This document shows, in pieces, positions 34,029 to 44,223 of a stretch of 64,000 bases of DNA; within the stretch, counting starts at the first letter, position 1, and each line of letters begins with the position of its first letter. The position numbers were made by a program, and so were the translations under genes. The stretch covers positions 16,090,485 to 16,154,484 of the forward strand of contig NC_134027.1 in NCBI RefSeq assembly GCF_964204645.1, read 5' to 3'. The notes below the pieces were generated by a model. The model made no database searches and was not told the origin of the DNA. It worked only from the letters and a program-made list of their open reading frames with translations. The stretch comes from Tubulanus polymorphus (taxonomy: Eukaryota; Animalia; Nemertea).

Positions 34029-34370
34029 GTGTGTATGTTGCCATTCAAATATTTACCAACCGAAATACTGCACCCAAATAAAATTAACAGTATATGGACA
34101 AGAGAAGGTTGTTTCATCAGTGGAACGTCGATACTTAAAGTGTTGAGAAAATACAAGCAGGGTCATGGTGAGTCGTACTTCACAACTGTGCCTGCAGATA
34201 TGAAGAGAATGGCAGAGGCGGGACCAACCATGCTAACAATGGTTAATGGAGCTGGTGTTTTGTGTATGCTTGAAACCAACATCGATAACTGGTATGATGA
34301 CAAGTTCAAAATTGGCCTAAATCTCAACAAAAATATCGGAATTATGTTATTTCTCCTTATCGGACCTTAA
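34029..34370 (+). pseudogene. Truncated paralog of the 10634-11053 gene
   Basis: KINSIWTREGCFISGTSILKVLRKY...MVNGAG; C-terminus runs into the repeat locus. Confidence 0.65.
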
Positions 34371-34431
34371 TTCTCCTCTCGTAACCTTATTTCTCCTCTT
34401 GTAACTCGCGGGTGAGAAATTGGGAAATAAC
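34347..34431. repeat. Dispersed 20-bp repeat locus, 3 units plus cap
   Basis: Degenerate units then CGCGGGTGAGAAATTGGGAAATAA. Confidence 0.85.
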
Positions 34432-34525
34432 CCGATACACGAAATAAAAGGACATTTGTCGTGTATGTGAACTTCACTCTTTCGTTACCCACGCAGAGTA
34501 TCACGACCAACAAAAAAATAAAAAA

Positions 34526-35062
34526 ATGGCATCATCAAAGATAGCACAAGAATACTTCGACTATGACGGACCGCAACACGTTGTTGACTTGACTTTAAAC
34601 GCGTTGGTGGATCGTATTGAAAAAACAGACGTGAATCTCATCGGCAGCCCGTTGTTCATTCAAACGGACGTAAAACTCTGGCTCGAATGCCAACATCTAA
34701 CAACGGGAGCTTGCAAATGAGTGCGATACTACCTTACCCACAATTACAGCAAATATTTACCTGATAAGGACAAACGAGAACTATTGGAACTTTCTAACTT
34801 GTCATCTGATCTATCTGAATTTGAATATATTCGGTTTGCGATGACAGGATACAACGCAGGCAAATACATCCATGCATTTGCTCCAAAAGGATACCTAGAG
34901 GCACAGCCAAATGTTGGATATGTTATTTTGCCGTATGGATTCTGTGTTGAAGACAATGATCGTGAATTTGAACAAGAACTTTACAACTACCTCAGGCTAA
35001 ATAGACTGCTTTCAAATTCACCATCCGTGAGCAAATTGTCACAAGTCTACTCAAGAGACTAA
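34526..35062 (+). pseudogene. Hypothetical gene with a single in-frame TGA (34718-34720)
   Basis: ORFs 34526-34720 and 34721-35062 are contiguous in one frame. Confidence 0.7.
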
Positions 35063-35143
35063 AACTAAGACAAGTTCTAATATAATACCATTTTATATTA
35101 TTATTTGTATTCAATAAAAAGATTTACATTTGATGTATTCACT

Positions 35144-35740
35144 CTAAATTTCAATCTTCTTCTTGATTTCCTCCTCTGTGTCTGTATCTGGGTAGTCTGT
35201 GTTTGGTTTAAAAAATATTATCCCATATATGTAAAAGTGTTGACACATATCCTTGAACGCAAACTTCCAAGGAAAGCTGAACGGTGTTGAATCGTGCCAC
35301 GGCAATAGCTCAGGGTTGCAATCTTTTGTGGGGCTACATCCATGTGGACAGTGAACAAGACCATTTCTATCCACCGTCTTGATCGCACAAATCGTGCAGA
35401 TGTCGTTATACTAACAAAACTCTCAGTATTCGATGAATGTATGTGTATTTTACTTTGGTTTGGTTGCTGTAGGTAATAACCACAGAGTCGATGGGTGTGC
35501 TGCCTTTGGAAAAATCATGCTTGCAAACGTAACATTCACCAGGCTCTGTTCGCCAAGTGGGTATTGTTGGTAAAGACGCCATCTTTGTAATGAGCAAAAT
35601 CTCATTAGCGCTATAAAGTTATAGTTAGAAATGTTTGGAAACGATTTTTGTAACCTGATATAAATACCTATTAGTGTGTTACTGCGGTGTTCACTTTGTC
35701 CGCATTCTTCAAGAGCGAACACACAAGTAAAATCAGACAA
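35144..35740 (-). pseudogene. Frameshifted RING/Zn-finger gene
   Basis: CYVC...H, CTIC and CPHGC motifs distributed over different frames. Confidence 0.5.
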
Positions 35741-36033
35741 ATGGCAGTCGGTTTTTCCGGCAATAGGATAAGAGAGCTACCTCATTTCGAAAACTTACCC
35801 AGAACAATTGACACTTGTAAATGTTGAAGTATAAATTGAGTTGATGAAATAAAAATGATGAGTTATCTTGAAAAAATATTTTTTTGTGAGATTTTTTTTC
35901 TCACCTTTTGTAGAACGGCTTTTGATTGGCTGATGAAACATCGCGCGATTATATTCATCATATAGTGAGGTCATTTTCACATAACTTTGTGTTATTATCT
36001 TTTGAAACACACACCACCGCACAACTACCGGAG

Positions 36034-37182
36034 ATGATGATCTCTGTTCCGCTGTTAACATTTGTGTACTTCGCAAATAACGTGACTGCCACATGGGGAG
36101 ATGGTAGTTTTCAACCTACTCGAGTAAATTACTCTGATTGTTATTTCTACAACTCATCAAATCCGTTAATAGTGAGATTTGACTACGACTGGACAAGTAA
36201 AGAACTCATTGTAGATTGTGAAGTTCCCAATCGATTCAACCAAACTGCGAAAGATGAACCAGGGATAAAAATCTTGTGTCCGGAATCTCCATATTATACC
36301 CAGAGACTAAACCTCTACATACATCGTGTTGAATACGACCAAGACCACAAGACCAAGTTGTATGATAACAGCAGATGGTTTCTTGCTTCTACATCATTCG
36401 AAGATGCACACGCTGTTGAGGAAATAAGGTTTTGGACATGTACTGGATACGATTGTGTTGATAAAACAAAAGATGAACTTAGCGAACACCCATCTCGTTT
36501 AGTTGCATTCAAAATTACTAAGAAAAGTTTAAAGTCGTATTTTTACCAACTAGGAGATGATTTAGACTTGTCTTGTGACTTTGATGTTGCAAAACACGAT
36601 CATGTGGTAAAAGTTCCAAAACATATCCTCAGAGATATGTGGACATCATCGCCGCAAAGACGACAGCTAATTCCACCTGTTCACCAACACGAAGAGCCGG
36701 ACTTAAGGAGCAACCCGACCTTGCCTACATATACAAAACCAACCCCACCTGCTATCGTAACAAAACCTCTACCTACAATCAGGGTTGAACACATCGACGC
36801 GACGGTACCAATTCCAGCGATAATAGATTATCACAATTCAACTGAGGTTGATCCAGCACCACCACAGATACGCGACAACAATACTTTTCTATTAGCTGTA
36901 GTTAGAGGAAGTAACAACACCAACAATTTAACTACCCAGAACAAATCAGCGTCTACCAGCGGCAGCGACGACGTTCATACGAAACCGATTGTAATTGGAA
37001 TTGTAGTCTTTATTGTTGAAGGACTGTTGGTTGTTTTGTTGGTCTTGGTTATACGCCATAAAAAACTGAACCGACAAAATTGTAGAGGTACATTTTATCA
37101 CCCTCGACACGAACTAACTGCTTGTGATCCTGCTACATCGGACAGACAGTTGATAAATAACGAAGACTACTTTGATATTTAG
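36034..37182 (+). CDS. Type I membrane glycoprotein
   Basis: ATG 36034 gives a signal peptide; N-glycosylation sequons, Pro/Thr stalk, TM IVIGIVVFIVEGLLVVLLVLVI. Confidence 0.8.
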   Translation: MMISVPLLTFVYFANNVTATWGDGSFQPTRVNYSDCYFYNSSNPLIVRFDYDWTSKELIVDCEVPNRFNQTAKDEPGIKILCPESPYYTQRLNLYIHRVEYDQDHKTKLYDNSRWFLASTSFEDAHAVEEIRFWTCTGYDCVDKTKDELSEHPSRLVAFKITKKSLKSYFYQLGDDLDLSCDFDVAKHDHVVKVPKHILRDMWTSSPQRRQLIPPVHQHEEPDLRSNPTLPTYTKPTPPAIVTKPLPTIRVEHIDATVPIPAIIDYHNSTEVDPAPPQIRDNNTFLLAVVRGSNNTNNLTTQNKSASTSGSDDVHTKPIVIGIVVFIVEGLLVVLLVLVIRHKKLNRQNCRGTFYHPRHELTACDPATSDRQLINNEDYFDI

Positions 37183-37311
37183 ACAGTTAATTTTTTACAT
37201 TTGGACTTAGCTTGAAGAATATATATTTTTACTAAAGTCTGTTGATCTCACGCAAAGTAGTGTCTATCTTTTCTACAAAAATACCCAAGTCAAGTAAATT
37301 TGTCAATCACC

Positions 37312-37518
37312 ATGTCGATGACAGCAGATAACATTGAAACTCATATGAGTGAGTTTCTTGCGGGATGCAAGGGTCAGAAGCGATTTTTTACCAAGTACAG
37401 TCGAGAAGTAAAGCTCAGGACTGTGCTCAACACCATGGCGATACTTACTGTTACGGTTACGATTGTTAGCCAAATTTTCTTGACTGGTACCCATTACAGT
37501 CCATACACTGGCATATAG
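37312..37518 (+). CDS. Small putative membrane protein
   Basis: Short ORF with hydrophobic C-terminal segment filling the intergenic gap. Confidence 0.4.
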   Translation: MSMTADNIETHMSEFLAGCKGQKRFFTKYSREVKLRTVLNTMAILTVTVTIVSQIFLTGTHYSPYTGI

Positions 37519-37591
37519 AAAAATATGATTTGAGAATTTGAAACGAAACATTGTAAATAGTTGCCTATTATGTACATTTTAAGATCCAGCA

Positions 37592-40087
37592 ATGAATCCA
37601 GTGTTTGATTGTGTCGCGGTTGCCGCGTTAGTTACCAAGGATGATACGAACAAGTCGTCAACCGGTACCAAAAAGAACAAGAATCATGTTATATCTAAAT
37701 TGGTCGCGGAGAATATGGTAAAAGAGTTCCAGAGTTCTGAAACTGAAATTGTTACCAACGTCGAACACAAGGATTCATTGGTTACTGGCAGTGTGTACTC
37801 TTTAGATTTTGTAAACGGCTTACCCACAAAGTTTGATAATATTGATGTTGATGAAAGTGACAGCGATGATCAAAATAATAAAATTATAGGACATATACTT
37901 GTTAAATACTTAGTTACGAATCCTCATTTTATTAGGGCTTATCAAAAACGGGCCGAGTCTAGATTGTTGAACTTGGAGAATTTCAAACCCTACACATCGT
38001 CTGATAATTTCATTTCAACTAATTTACCCAGACAGATCGACCCTGATCGCGAGGAAGGTGATCCGTTACCGTGGTCCAAGGATATTACAGGTGAAAATGA
38101 ATTACTGTCTTCACTAGGTGGTGTTAGTCTCTCGAATATCAAAGGCGAAGAGTCGAAAGTGACGGCGATGGCCATGTGTTTGGCCGGTAAGCGATCGGGC
38201 TCAATTACGCTAAGTGCGAAATATTTTCCAACCGTACCCGATCATTTACAATCTGTATACCGCGGTCCGATCGAGAATTTGTCTACCGATGAGTACGTGA
38301 GCATTCTTGGCAACATCGGCAGCTACAAAGTAGATCACGTCACGAAAATGAGAGAGGATCTGTCCATGTTAAAAATACCCCCGAAAAGATTACATTACGG
38401 ACAGCCGTTGTTTGGTTGTGAAACTATATCGACAAGTGAAGACAGTGGGAACCAACTCACGCCAACCATCGCAGAATTACCCTCAGACAACAATATGTCA
38501 ACCACTGCTGCCGATGTATGTGCTTCTATAAGCACCGAGCAATTCAAGACTGCGCTAAAAAGTGTATTAGATGACGTGAGAAAGGATAACATTATCTCAT
38601 CGTCCAACCAAGGTACGCCTGTAGTCACTTTATTAAACAGACGAGAAAATACTCACTATTCTATCGATCCTTGTACCAACGCCGTTGTACGACAGCCGAC
38701 ATCAGCAACGAACACAATGAACACAAATCAAACCCAGTCAAATCCACAAGCACCACCGCCGTCGCAGCACAGCCATCACTGTTATTCTACCAACTGTGGT
38801 GGTTTTGGATGTTATCCAAATAACTCGATGTTGAAAACTGATCATTATGGATTTCAACAAAACCAACAACCGACATCTCCGCCAAATCAGCAAATGTATC
38901 GTGGTGGTGGCGACTGGGGCGATATATTTCACCCATACAGCAAAGGTGGTGGATATCATTCACAGCTGATGAATCAATCTCAATATCAACGACCGTATAA
39001 TACCCAAATGCCTCAACAACACTATCATCATCCGGGCAATGTTGCAACAACCGCTGGAAATCAGGACGAGAAACTTAAAGCTAAGGTATTGGCAGTTTTA
39101 AAGGAACAGCAGAAAGAAGACGAACTCGCTAAAGCATCTCAAAAAAAGACGACTGCATTGAAAAAATCCAAGTCAAAGGCTAGCAAGGGGTCTACTAAGC
39201 AACGCAGCAGTTATAAGAAGTCTAAATCTACCAAGAGACGTCGTGATGAACAGAGTGATGAATCCGATACCGAGTCAGAGTCAGAAGACGATAGTGGCAA
39301 TGCCTCTGAGAGTGATAGTGGCGACAGTGACAACGATGATACCCGCTCTTCTGCAAAAAAATCATCCAAGGTTAAAAACATGCACAAAGTTAAATCAAAA
39401 TACAAGAAGGAATTTGAAGAATTCATCAAGTTTCGAAAAAACAAGCAAGTTGATGTACCCGTAGAGCCAGAAGCTTCTGACAAAAATAAAAAGATGAAAG
39501 TCTCTCACGTTACCCCTAGTCCGAGCTCAAATGATGAGAAAATGGAAACTGACGAATCCAAGTCTACAGCAGCATCGGCATCAACAACCGATAGTGGTAG
39601 CAATGACTTGAGCAAAAAAATTGAATCTATATTCGAATTTATGCAGAAGCAGAAAGAGGCACAGGACGAACAGAAACAACGTTCCATTGAAGAAAAGGCG
39701 AAAAAAGATGCCGAAACTGCTGCAGCTAAAGCAAAGTCGGACGCCGAAGAAAAAACCAAGTTGGAGGCCGAGGCGGCAGCTAAATCATCAGCGGTTGCAG
39801 CAAGTTCGGATAACAAAAATGACAAAAAAGACGAATCTGCCAAGTCTGCTGACAAATCTGGTGATCAACAGGACCACAATACTATTTCTCCAATGGACAT
39901 AGACAATCCTGTACCTGGGACTTCATCCGCGGGAATTTCTGTACTCGGTGGTCGTACAAACACCAACGTGATGGTTACACGATCTGCCACGGCTAGAAGT
40001 CATTTCTCCAATGAGGAAAAAGAAGTATTGAGCAAAGACGACATTCGTAAAATTCGCAAGTCTATACCCATGTCATTTGGATTTTAA
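37592..40087 (+). CDS. Herpesvirus-type capsid maturation protease (assemblin-like) fused to scaffold
   Basis: Ordered motifs NVEH..VTGSVYSL, GGVSLS (catalytic Ser), AMAMCLAGKRSGS (cf. HVALCxxGRRxGT); long Q/P/S-rich, NLS-bearing, coiled scaffold-like C-terminus. Confidence 0.7.
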   Translation: MNPVFDCVAVAALVTKDDTNKSSTGTKKNKNHVISKLVAENMVKEFQSSETEIVTNVEHKDSLVTGSVYSLDFVNGLPTKFDNIDVDESDSDDQNNKIIGHILVKYLVTNPHFIRAYQKRAESRLLNLENFKPYTSSDNFISTNLPRQIDPDREEGDPLPWSKDITGENELLSSLGGVSLSNIKGEESKVTAMAMCLAGKRSGSITLSAKYFPTVPDHLQSVYRGPIENLSTDEYVSILGNIGSYKVDHVTKMREDLSMLKIPPKRLHYGQPLFGCETISTSEDSGNQLTPTIAELPSDNNMSTTAADVCASISTEQFKTALKSVLDDVRKDNIISSSNQGTPVVTLLNRRENTHYSIDPCTNAVVRQPTSATNTMNTNQTQSNPQAPPPSQHSHHCYSTNCGGFGCYPNNSMLKTDHYGFQQNQQPTSPPNQQMYRGGGDWGDIFHPYSKGGGYHSQLMNQSQYQRPYNTQMPQQHYHHPGNVATTAGNQDEKLKAKVLAVLKEQQKEDELAKASQKKTTALKKSKSKASKGSTKQRSSYKKSKSTKRRRDEQSDESDTESESEDDSGNASESDSGDSDNDDTRSSAKKSSKVKNMHKVKSKYKKEFEEFIKFRKNKQVDVPVEPEASDKNKKMKVSHVTPSPSSNDEKMETDESKSTAASASTTDSGSNDLSKKIESIFEFMQKQKEAQDEQKQRSIEEKAKKDAETAAAKAKSDAEEKTKLEAEAAAKSSAVAASSDNKNDKKDESAKSADKSGDQQDHNTISPMDIDNPVPGTSSAGISVLGGRTNTNVMVTRSATARSHFSNEEKEVLSKDDIRKIRKSIPMSFGF

Positions 40088-40089
40088 TC

Positions 40090-41817
40090 GTGTTACTATA
40101 TTTTAAAATGCCGAAACGTCAGAAACCAACTTCAACATTTTCCAATAGTGAGGCAGATGACGAAGAGAATAATACCCCCAAAAAGTGTTCAAAAAATAAA
40201 AAAACTAAAACCACAGCCAAAAACGGTGATCAAACTGATGATGATGGCCGTGAAAAACTTTTGTTCGTAACATGTGTTGGGTGTGCTGCCGCTTTGGGTA
40301 ATAAAGGCAAACATCTTGTAAATTGGCGACGCAACAGGGGTCAAAGTCAAATGAAAGTTGGTCTCGGTTGTTCGAAAAAGATGATAGAAGAATTGGAGGA
40401 GCTCGAAGCCAAGGAAGAATCCGAAATATCCGCTGTCTCACAACAAAAAGATGAGGTCGGCGACGATACTCTATCATCAGATCAACAACCAGTGGCGGCG
40501 CAGGATGGGTCTATTTCAACAGACGGTGATGTACCGGATGATGACAACACAAGTACCCAGAAAAAAAGCACAAGTCGTTTCGTACCCAAAGATCCGGTCA
40601 ACATTAAGACTTTTATAAATGCTTATAGAGGTTTAAAGCACACGCACGGCACAACAATTCACTCTACGCTTGGCATGCCCATAATAACTATTGCTAATTG
40701 TGAAAATGATATATACGACGATTTACCCCTGGTATCAATAGCTCATGTAAATACACTACCGGGAATAAATTGTCTAGCTCGAAAGGCAGCTCTTCAAATG
40801 ATAAGGACTACCAACGCGTTGAAAATGTTGTGTTTTCAAGGCGAGGTGTACGAATTACCCTTCATCTGTCCTTTACCCCGAACAAACGTCGTTCTGGACC
40901 GAATGACGGAGATGTACGTTCTTCGAGGCAGTATCGACGGAGTGAAAATCGTGACAAAGGACAGAAAGAAAAATGAGTTTATATCTAGTCTAGATAAATT
41001 TTACGCTTCTATGGGGGTGTGTGAGTCGGATGATTCGGATTCAGAGTCAGGGTCACTCGATGATGGTTATTCGTCCATGGTCATAGAAGACATAAAAACT
41101 CACGAAAGTGATTATAACTCTTCCACGAACATTTCTGTGTCTACTACGATCAAGGGCGAAATTCAGTTAAACATTTACAAATATTGCATGTACCGGATGG
41201 CAGTGTTGGGAATTATGAATGGACAAGATGAACGATTCAAACGTAGTTGGCTACTCGACTGTGATCCGAATACTCCATTACACCCCTCTGTGCTTAATAG
41301 CATGCTTAGAATCACTAGCAAGAAAGGCAAGAGTGATAAGTTGCCCAAAGATGCATTGGACGATATGTGTAAAAAACAAAAACATTTACTGTGTTTGAGA
41401 AATAAAGTGGCCACCGCAGCCGGACAGGGAGCAAACAACAAACACGAACAAGTGACGTTACAACATGTGTATGACAACTTGCTCATTCCAATTCTCAAAC
41501 ACACACTGCCTCATCCCAAAGACTGTGAAGAAAATACAACACTTCAAATTAGACATATATCTCATCATTTATTCGATTATTATAAACAACAGAGAGAGAA
41601 CAGTGATATTCACATACCAAAATCTCAATGGGGCAACGTGGTTCATATTAGCAACGCCAACTTGGATCACATTACCCAAGCACTGTGCACTCTCGATGGC
41701 ACAAATCTGACTTGTCTTCCTCCAATGCAATTAACCGCCGCCAAATTTGTTATTGTCATTTATCATTATTCATTGCAAATTGTCACATTATTATGTTCTG
41801 CGCTACCAAATAAATAA
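40090..41817 (+). CDS. Hypothetical viral protein (likely ATG 40108)
   Basis: 575-aa ORF directly after the protease gene; stop in AATAAATAA. Confidence 0.8.
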   Translation: MLLYFKMPKRQKPTSTFSNSEADDEENNTPKKCSKNKKTKTTAKNGDQTDDDGREKLLFVTCVGCAAALGNKGKHLVNWRRNRGQSQMKVGLGCSKKMIEELEELEAKEESEISAVSQQKDEVGDDTLSSDQQPVAAQDGSISTDGDVPDDDNTSTQKKSTSRFVPKDPVNIKTFINAYRGLKHTHGTTIHSTLGMPIITIANCENDIYDDLPLVSIAHVNTLPGINCLARKAALQMIRTTNALKMLCFQGEVYELPFICPLPRTNVVLDRMTEMYVLRGSIDGVKIVTKDRKKNEFISSLDKFYASMGVCESDDSDSESGSLDDGYSSMVIEDIKTHESDYNSSTNISVSTTIKGEIQLNIYKYCMYRMAVLGIMNGQDERFKRSWLLDCDPNTPLHPSVLNSMLRITSKKGKSDKLPKDALDDMCKKQKHLLCLRNKVATAAGQGANNKHEQVTLQHVYDNLLIPILKHTLPHPKDCEENTTLQIRHISHHLFDYYKQQRENSDIHIPKSQWGNVVHISNANLDHITQALCTLDGTNLTCLPPMQLTAAKFVIVIYHYSLQIVTLLCSALPNK

Positions 41818-44113
41818 GCACTTGTCTATAATGGGTAACTGCAATTCGTTTCTTGGTTTCTTGTGTTAATTTGCTGTACGTTTCTAAAAATTGTCTATAT
41901 CTTATGGTCATGTGAGGACACATTAACTTGATTTTGCAACTCCTGCACATATACGGTCGAACCAACGACGCAATCTCTACACAATTAATGGTGCTACCTT
42001 TGCTTCCCCCTTGGTGCTGTTTTACTGACTTGCTGTGGATCTGCTCAATGAAATAGACCATTTTCGATATGCAAGTCATATTGTCTCTCGGATCTCTATC
42101 CAATAATTTGCCACTGACTGTGTAATAGAACTGAAGTCGTTCGTTATCGTCTGTGGCCAAGTCGCAGGAACTTTGAGTTGGTTTTTGGAATTTTTCTGAT
42201 TTTTCACCACCGATTTTCCCGCTGTTTAGACGACGTGTGAACTTGACAAATGATTTTTGCTGCTCCTTGAGATTACAATACTTTGTGTCGGTACTACCCT
42301 CTGCACTTGTCTTTGTTTTCGTACTAGCACAGAGTTTTTTCTTACAACAACCTTTTGTGGTCTCTGGTAATAATATCGAATGGACCACGTTGTCTTGTTC
42401 ACCCATAGCATCTGCAAACGAATTGTTGGTACCTCCGCTTGTGCTTGTTAAACCTATGGGTATATCGGCAAACAACATGTACGTTGCCTTTTCACGAGAA
42501 CAATCCGTGCACATGAACGCACTCATTTCAGCGAAATGATAGTGTACCAATTTCTTGTCGGTTGTGTTGCTAACCCCGCCGTAGTTTAACTCGTCAACCT
42601 TGTCAGGGGTAAGTATTGCAGCCGATACCATCGACCCGATTTTCTTGCTCCGATCAGTAACATGAGTGAACATTTGGTTGAGTTTGGTGGAAGTCTTAAA
42701 CACTCCTCTCACTTCGTTTGTGCATAGTCTATTACCGCCGAAACATTGACCCGTGTATCGCATTTCTGGACCAGATGAGTAGTCTTTGCTCTGTATCGAT
42801 TCTACCAAATTGACTATGTCGGTAAAATGAAACTTGTGTGTGTACTGATAGGACTGTGGACTTAGCGCATCGACGTATAGTTGGCTTTCGGTAAAACTTG
42901 GACACCCGTCCAGTGAACAACTCGTACACTTGACGTTTGTAATTTCTATCCTCAGTTGTGATCTTGAGCATTTTTTGTTCCTCACATCGACAGAGTGACC
43001 GCAGCGATTACAAACTTTGATCGATTTGGTCGCTTGAATCACTGAGTCCAATATTGTACCGATGGTGGGCTCGGTAGCTCCGCTATTAGCGTTAGTAAAG
43101 TCAACACCCCATCCTCTACACATAATCGTGCAAGTGCAGCCGCCTTGAACATTCATGACAATCAATTTTCGCTTTATTCTACCACAAGTTGCCGAAATCA
43201 TATCATCTCTTAGCGCCAATTCGGCCAGACTATGGCTATGTCGAAGTTCCGAAAGTACACTTAAAAGTATTCTGTTCTCGGCCAAACATATCGATATCAA
43301 CTTGTGTAAAGGCAAACGAAAGACTCTGTAGTAGCACAAGTTGTGAATGGCCGCGTTTCTAGCTACGTTTATGGGTACAGGTGTAGAGTTATATGTGGGG
43401 TAGGCTGGTCTTGTTTCAGTCTCGTCGGGAATGTACGTCATTCTTTTGGTCAAATAGTCAACCACGAGTATGTCCAACTGCCGCTTGATTTTACCCCTCA
43501 TCGTTGTGTGTAGTTTAGCATAATTAGATACTTTGACTAGTATTTTATTTGTAGAGTTTGAATCTTGGGTTATTCGCGTGAGTTTTTCTAACGCCGTCTC
43601 TATCTTGGCCAAACTGACTTGACTATTTGTATTTAGCGACATAAACTCTCTTAATAACCGCGCACATTTGGTCAGCATTGAATTCGAATATTGGTTGGTT
43701 CCTTGGGAGTAGGGTATTAAACACTCTGAAATTGTGTTTAACGAATCTATACGTAGAACGTATGAACATGTGGATAGAATGTCTATCAAAATCAACATGT
43801 GTTTTGAAAACGGAGTAAAGAGTTGTTGTCTTGTGGCAAACTTTTTAACAAAGTCATTAACAAAACTACTTGTCAACGATAGATCGCGCATTTCTTGTTC
43901 CAATACTCGTCTAATTCCATCTTTGCTGCAATTCCGAGCCGATACAATGGGTAGTACGGTCCATGGAAATGTTGAATATAATTCTTGTACATTTTCAATA
44001 ATGTGGGTACGAATTTTTTCTATTTTGTCCTTTTTTATAACGTTATTACTAGAATATGAGCAACTCATCGTCACATCGGTGTAAGTGAGTGGGTGGAGTT
44101 GTTTTAGACACAA
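41783..44113 (-). CDS. Cys-rich hypothetical protein with multiple Zn-binding motifs
   Basis: 776 aa; CNRCGH, CTSC, CTDC, CRSC...CPH. Confidence 0.8.
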   Translation of the reverse strand: MCLKQLHPLTYTDVTMSCSYSSNNVIKKDKIEKIRTHIIENVQELYSTFPWTVLPIVSARNCSKDGIRRVLEQEMRDLSLTSSFVNDFVKKFATRQQLFTPFSKHMLILIDILSTCSYVLRIDSLNTISECLIPYSQGTNQYSNSMLTKCARLLREFMSLNTNSQVSLAKIETALEKLTRITQDSNSTNKILVKVSNYAKLHTTMRGKIKRQLDILVVDYLTKRMTYIPDETETRPAYPTYNSTPVPINVARNAAIHNLCYYRVFRLPLHKLISICLAENRILLSVLSELRHSHSLAELALRDDMISATCGRIKRKLIVMNVQGGCTCTIMCRGWGVDFTNANSGATEPTIGTILDSVIQATKSIKVCNRCGHSVDVRNKKCSRSQLRIEITNVKCTSCSLDGCPSFTESQLYVDALSPQSYQYTHKFHFTDIVNLVESIQSKDYSSGPEMRYTGQCFGGNRLCTNEVRGVFKTSTKLNQMFTHVTDRSKKIGSMVSAAILTPDKVDELNYGGVSNTTDKKLVHYHFAEMSAFMCTDCSREKATYMLFADIPIGLTSTSGGTNNSFADAMGEQDNVVHSILLPETTKGCCKKKLCASTKTKTSAEGSTDTKYCNLKEQQKSFVKFTRRLNSGKIGGEKSEKFQKPTQSSCDLATDDNERLQFYYTVSGKLLDRDPRDNMTCISKMVYFIEQIHSKSVKQHQGGSKGSTINCVEIASLVRPYMCRSCKIKLMCPHMTIRYRQFLETYSKLTQETKKRIAVTHYRQVLIYLVAQNIIM

Positions 44114-44223
44114 ATTTCTAAAACATTATGATTGAAAAATTTGGACACACTTGGTAATATATAACCGCGATACCCAAAAACGTAACCAAAAAACGTTACC
44201 TAGCCACGACGCGCGGACACAAG

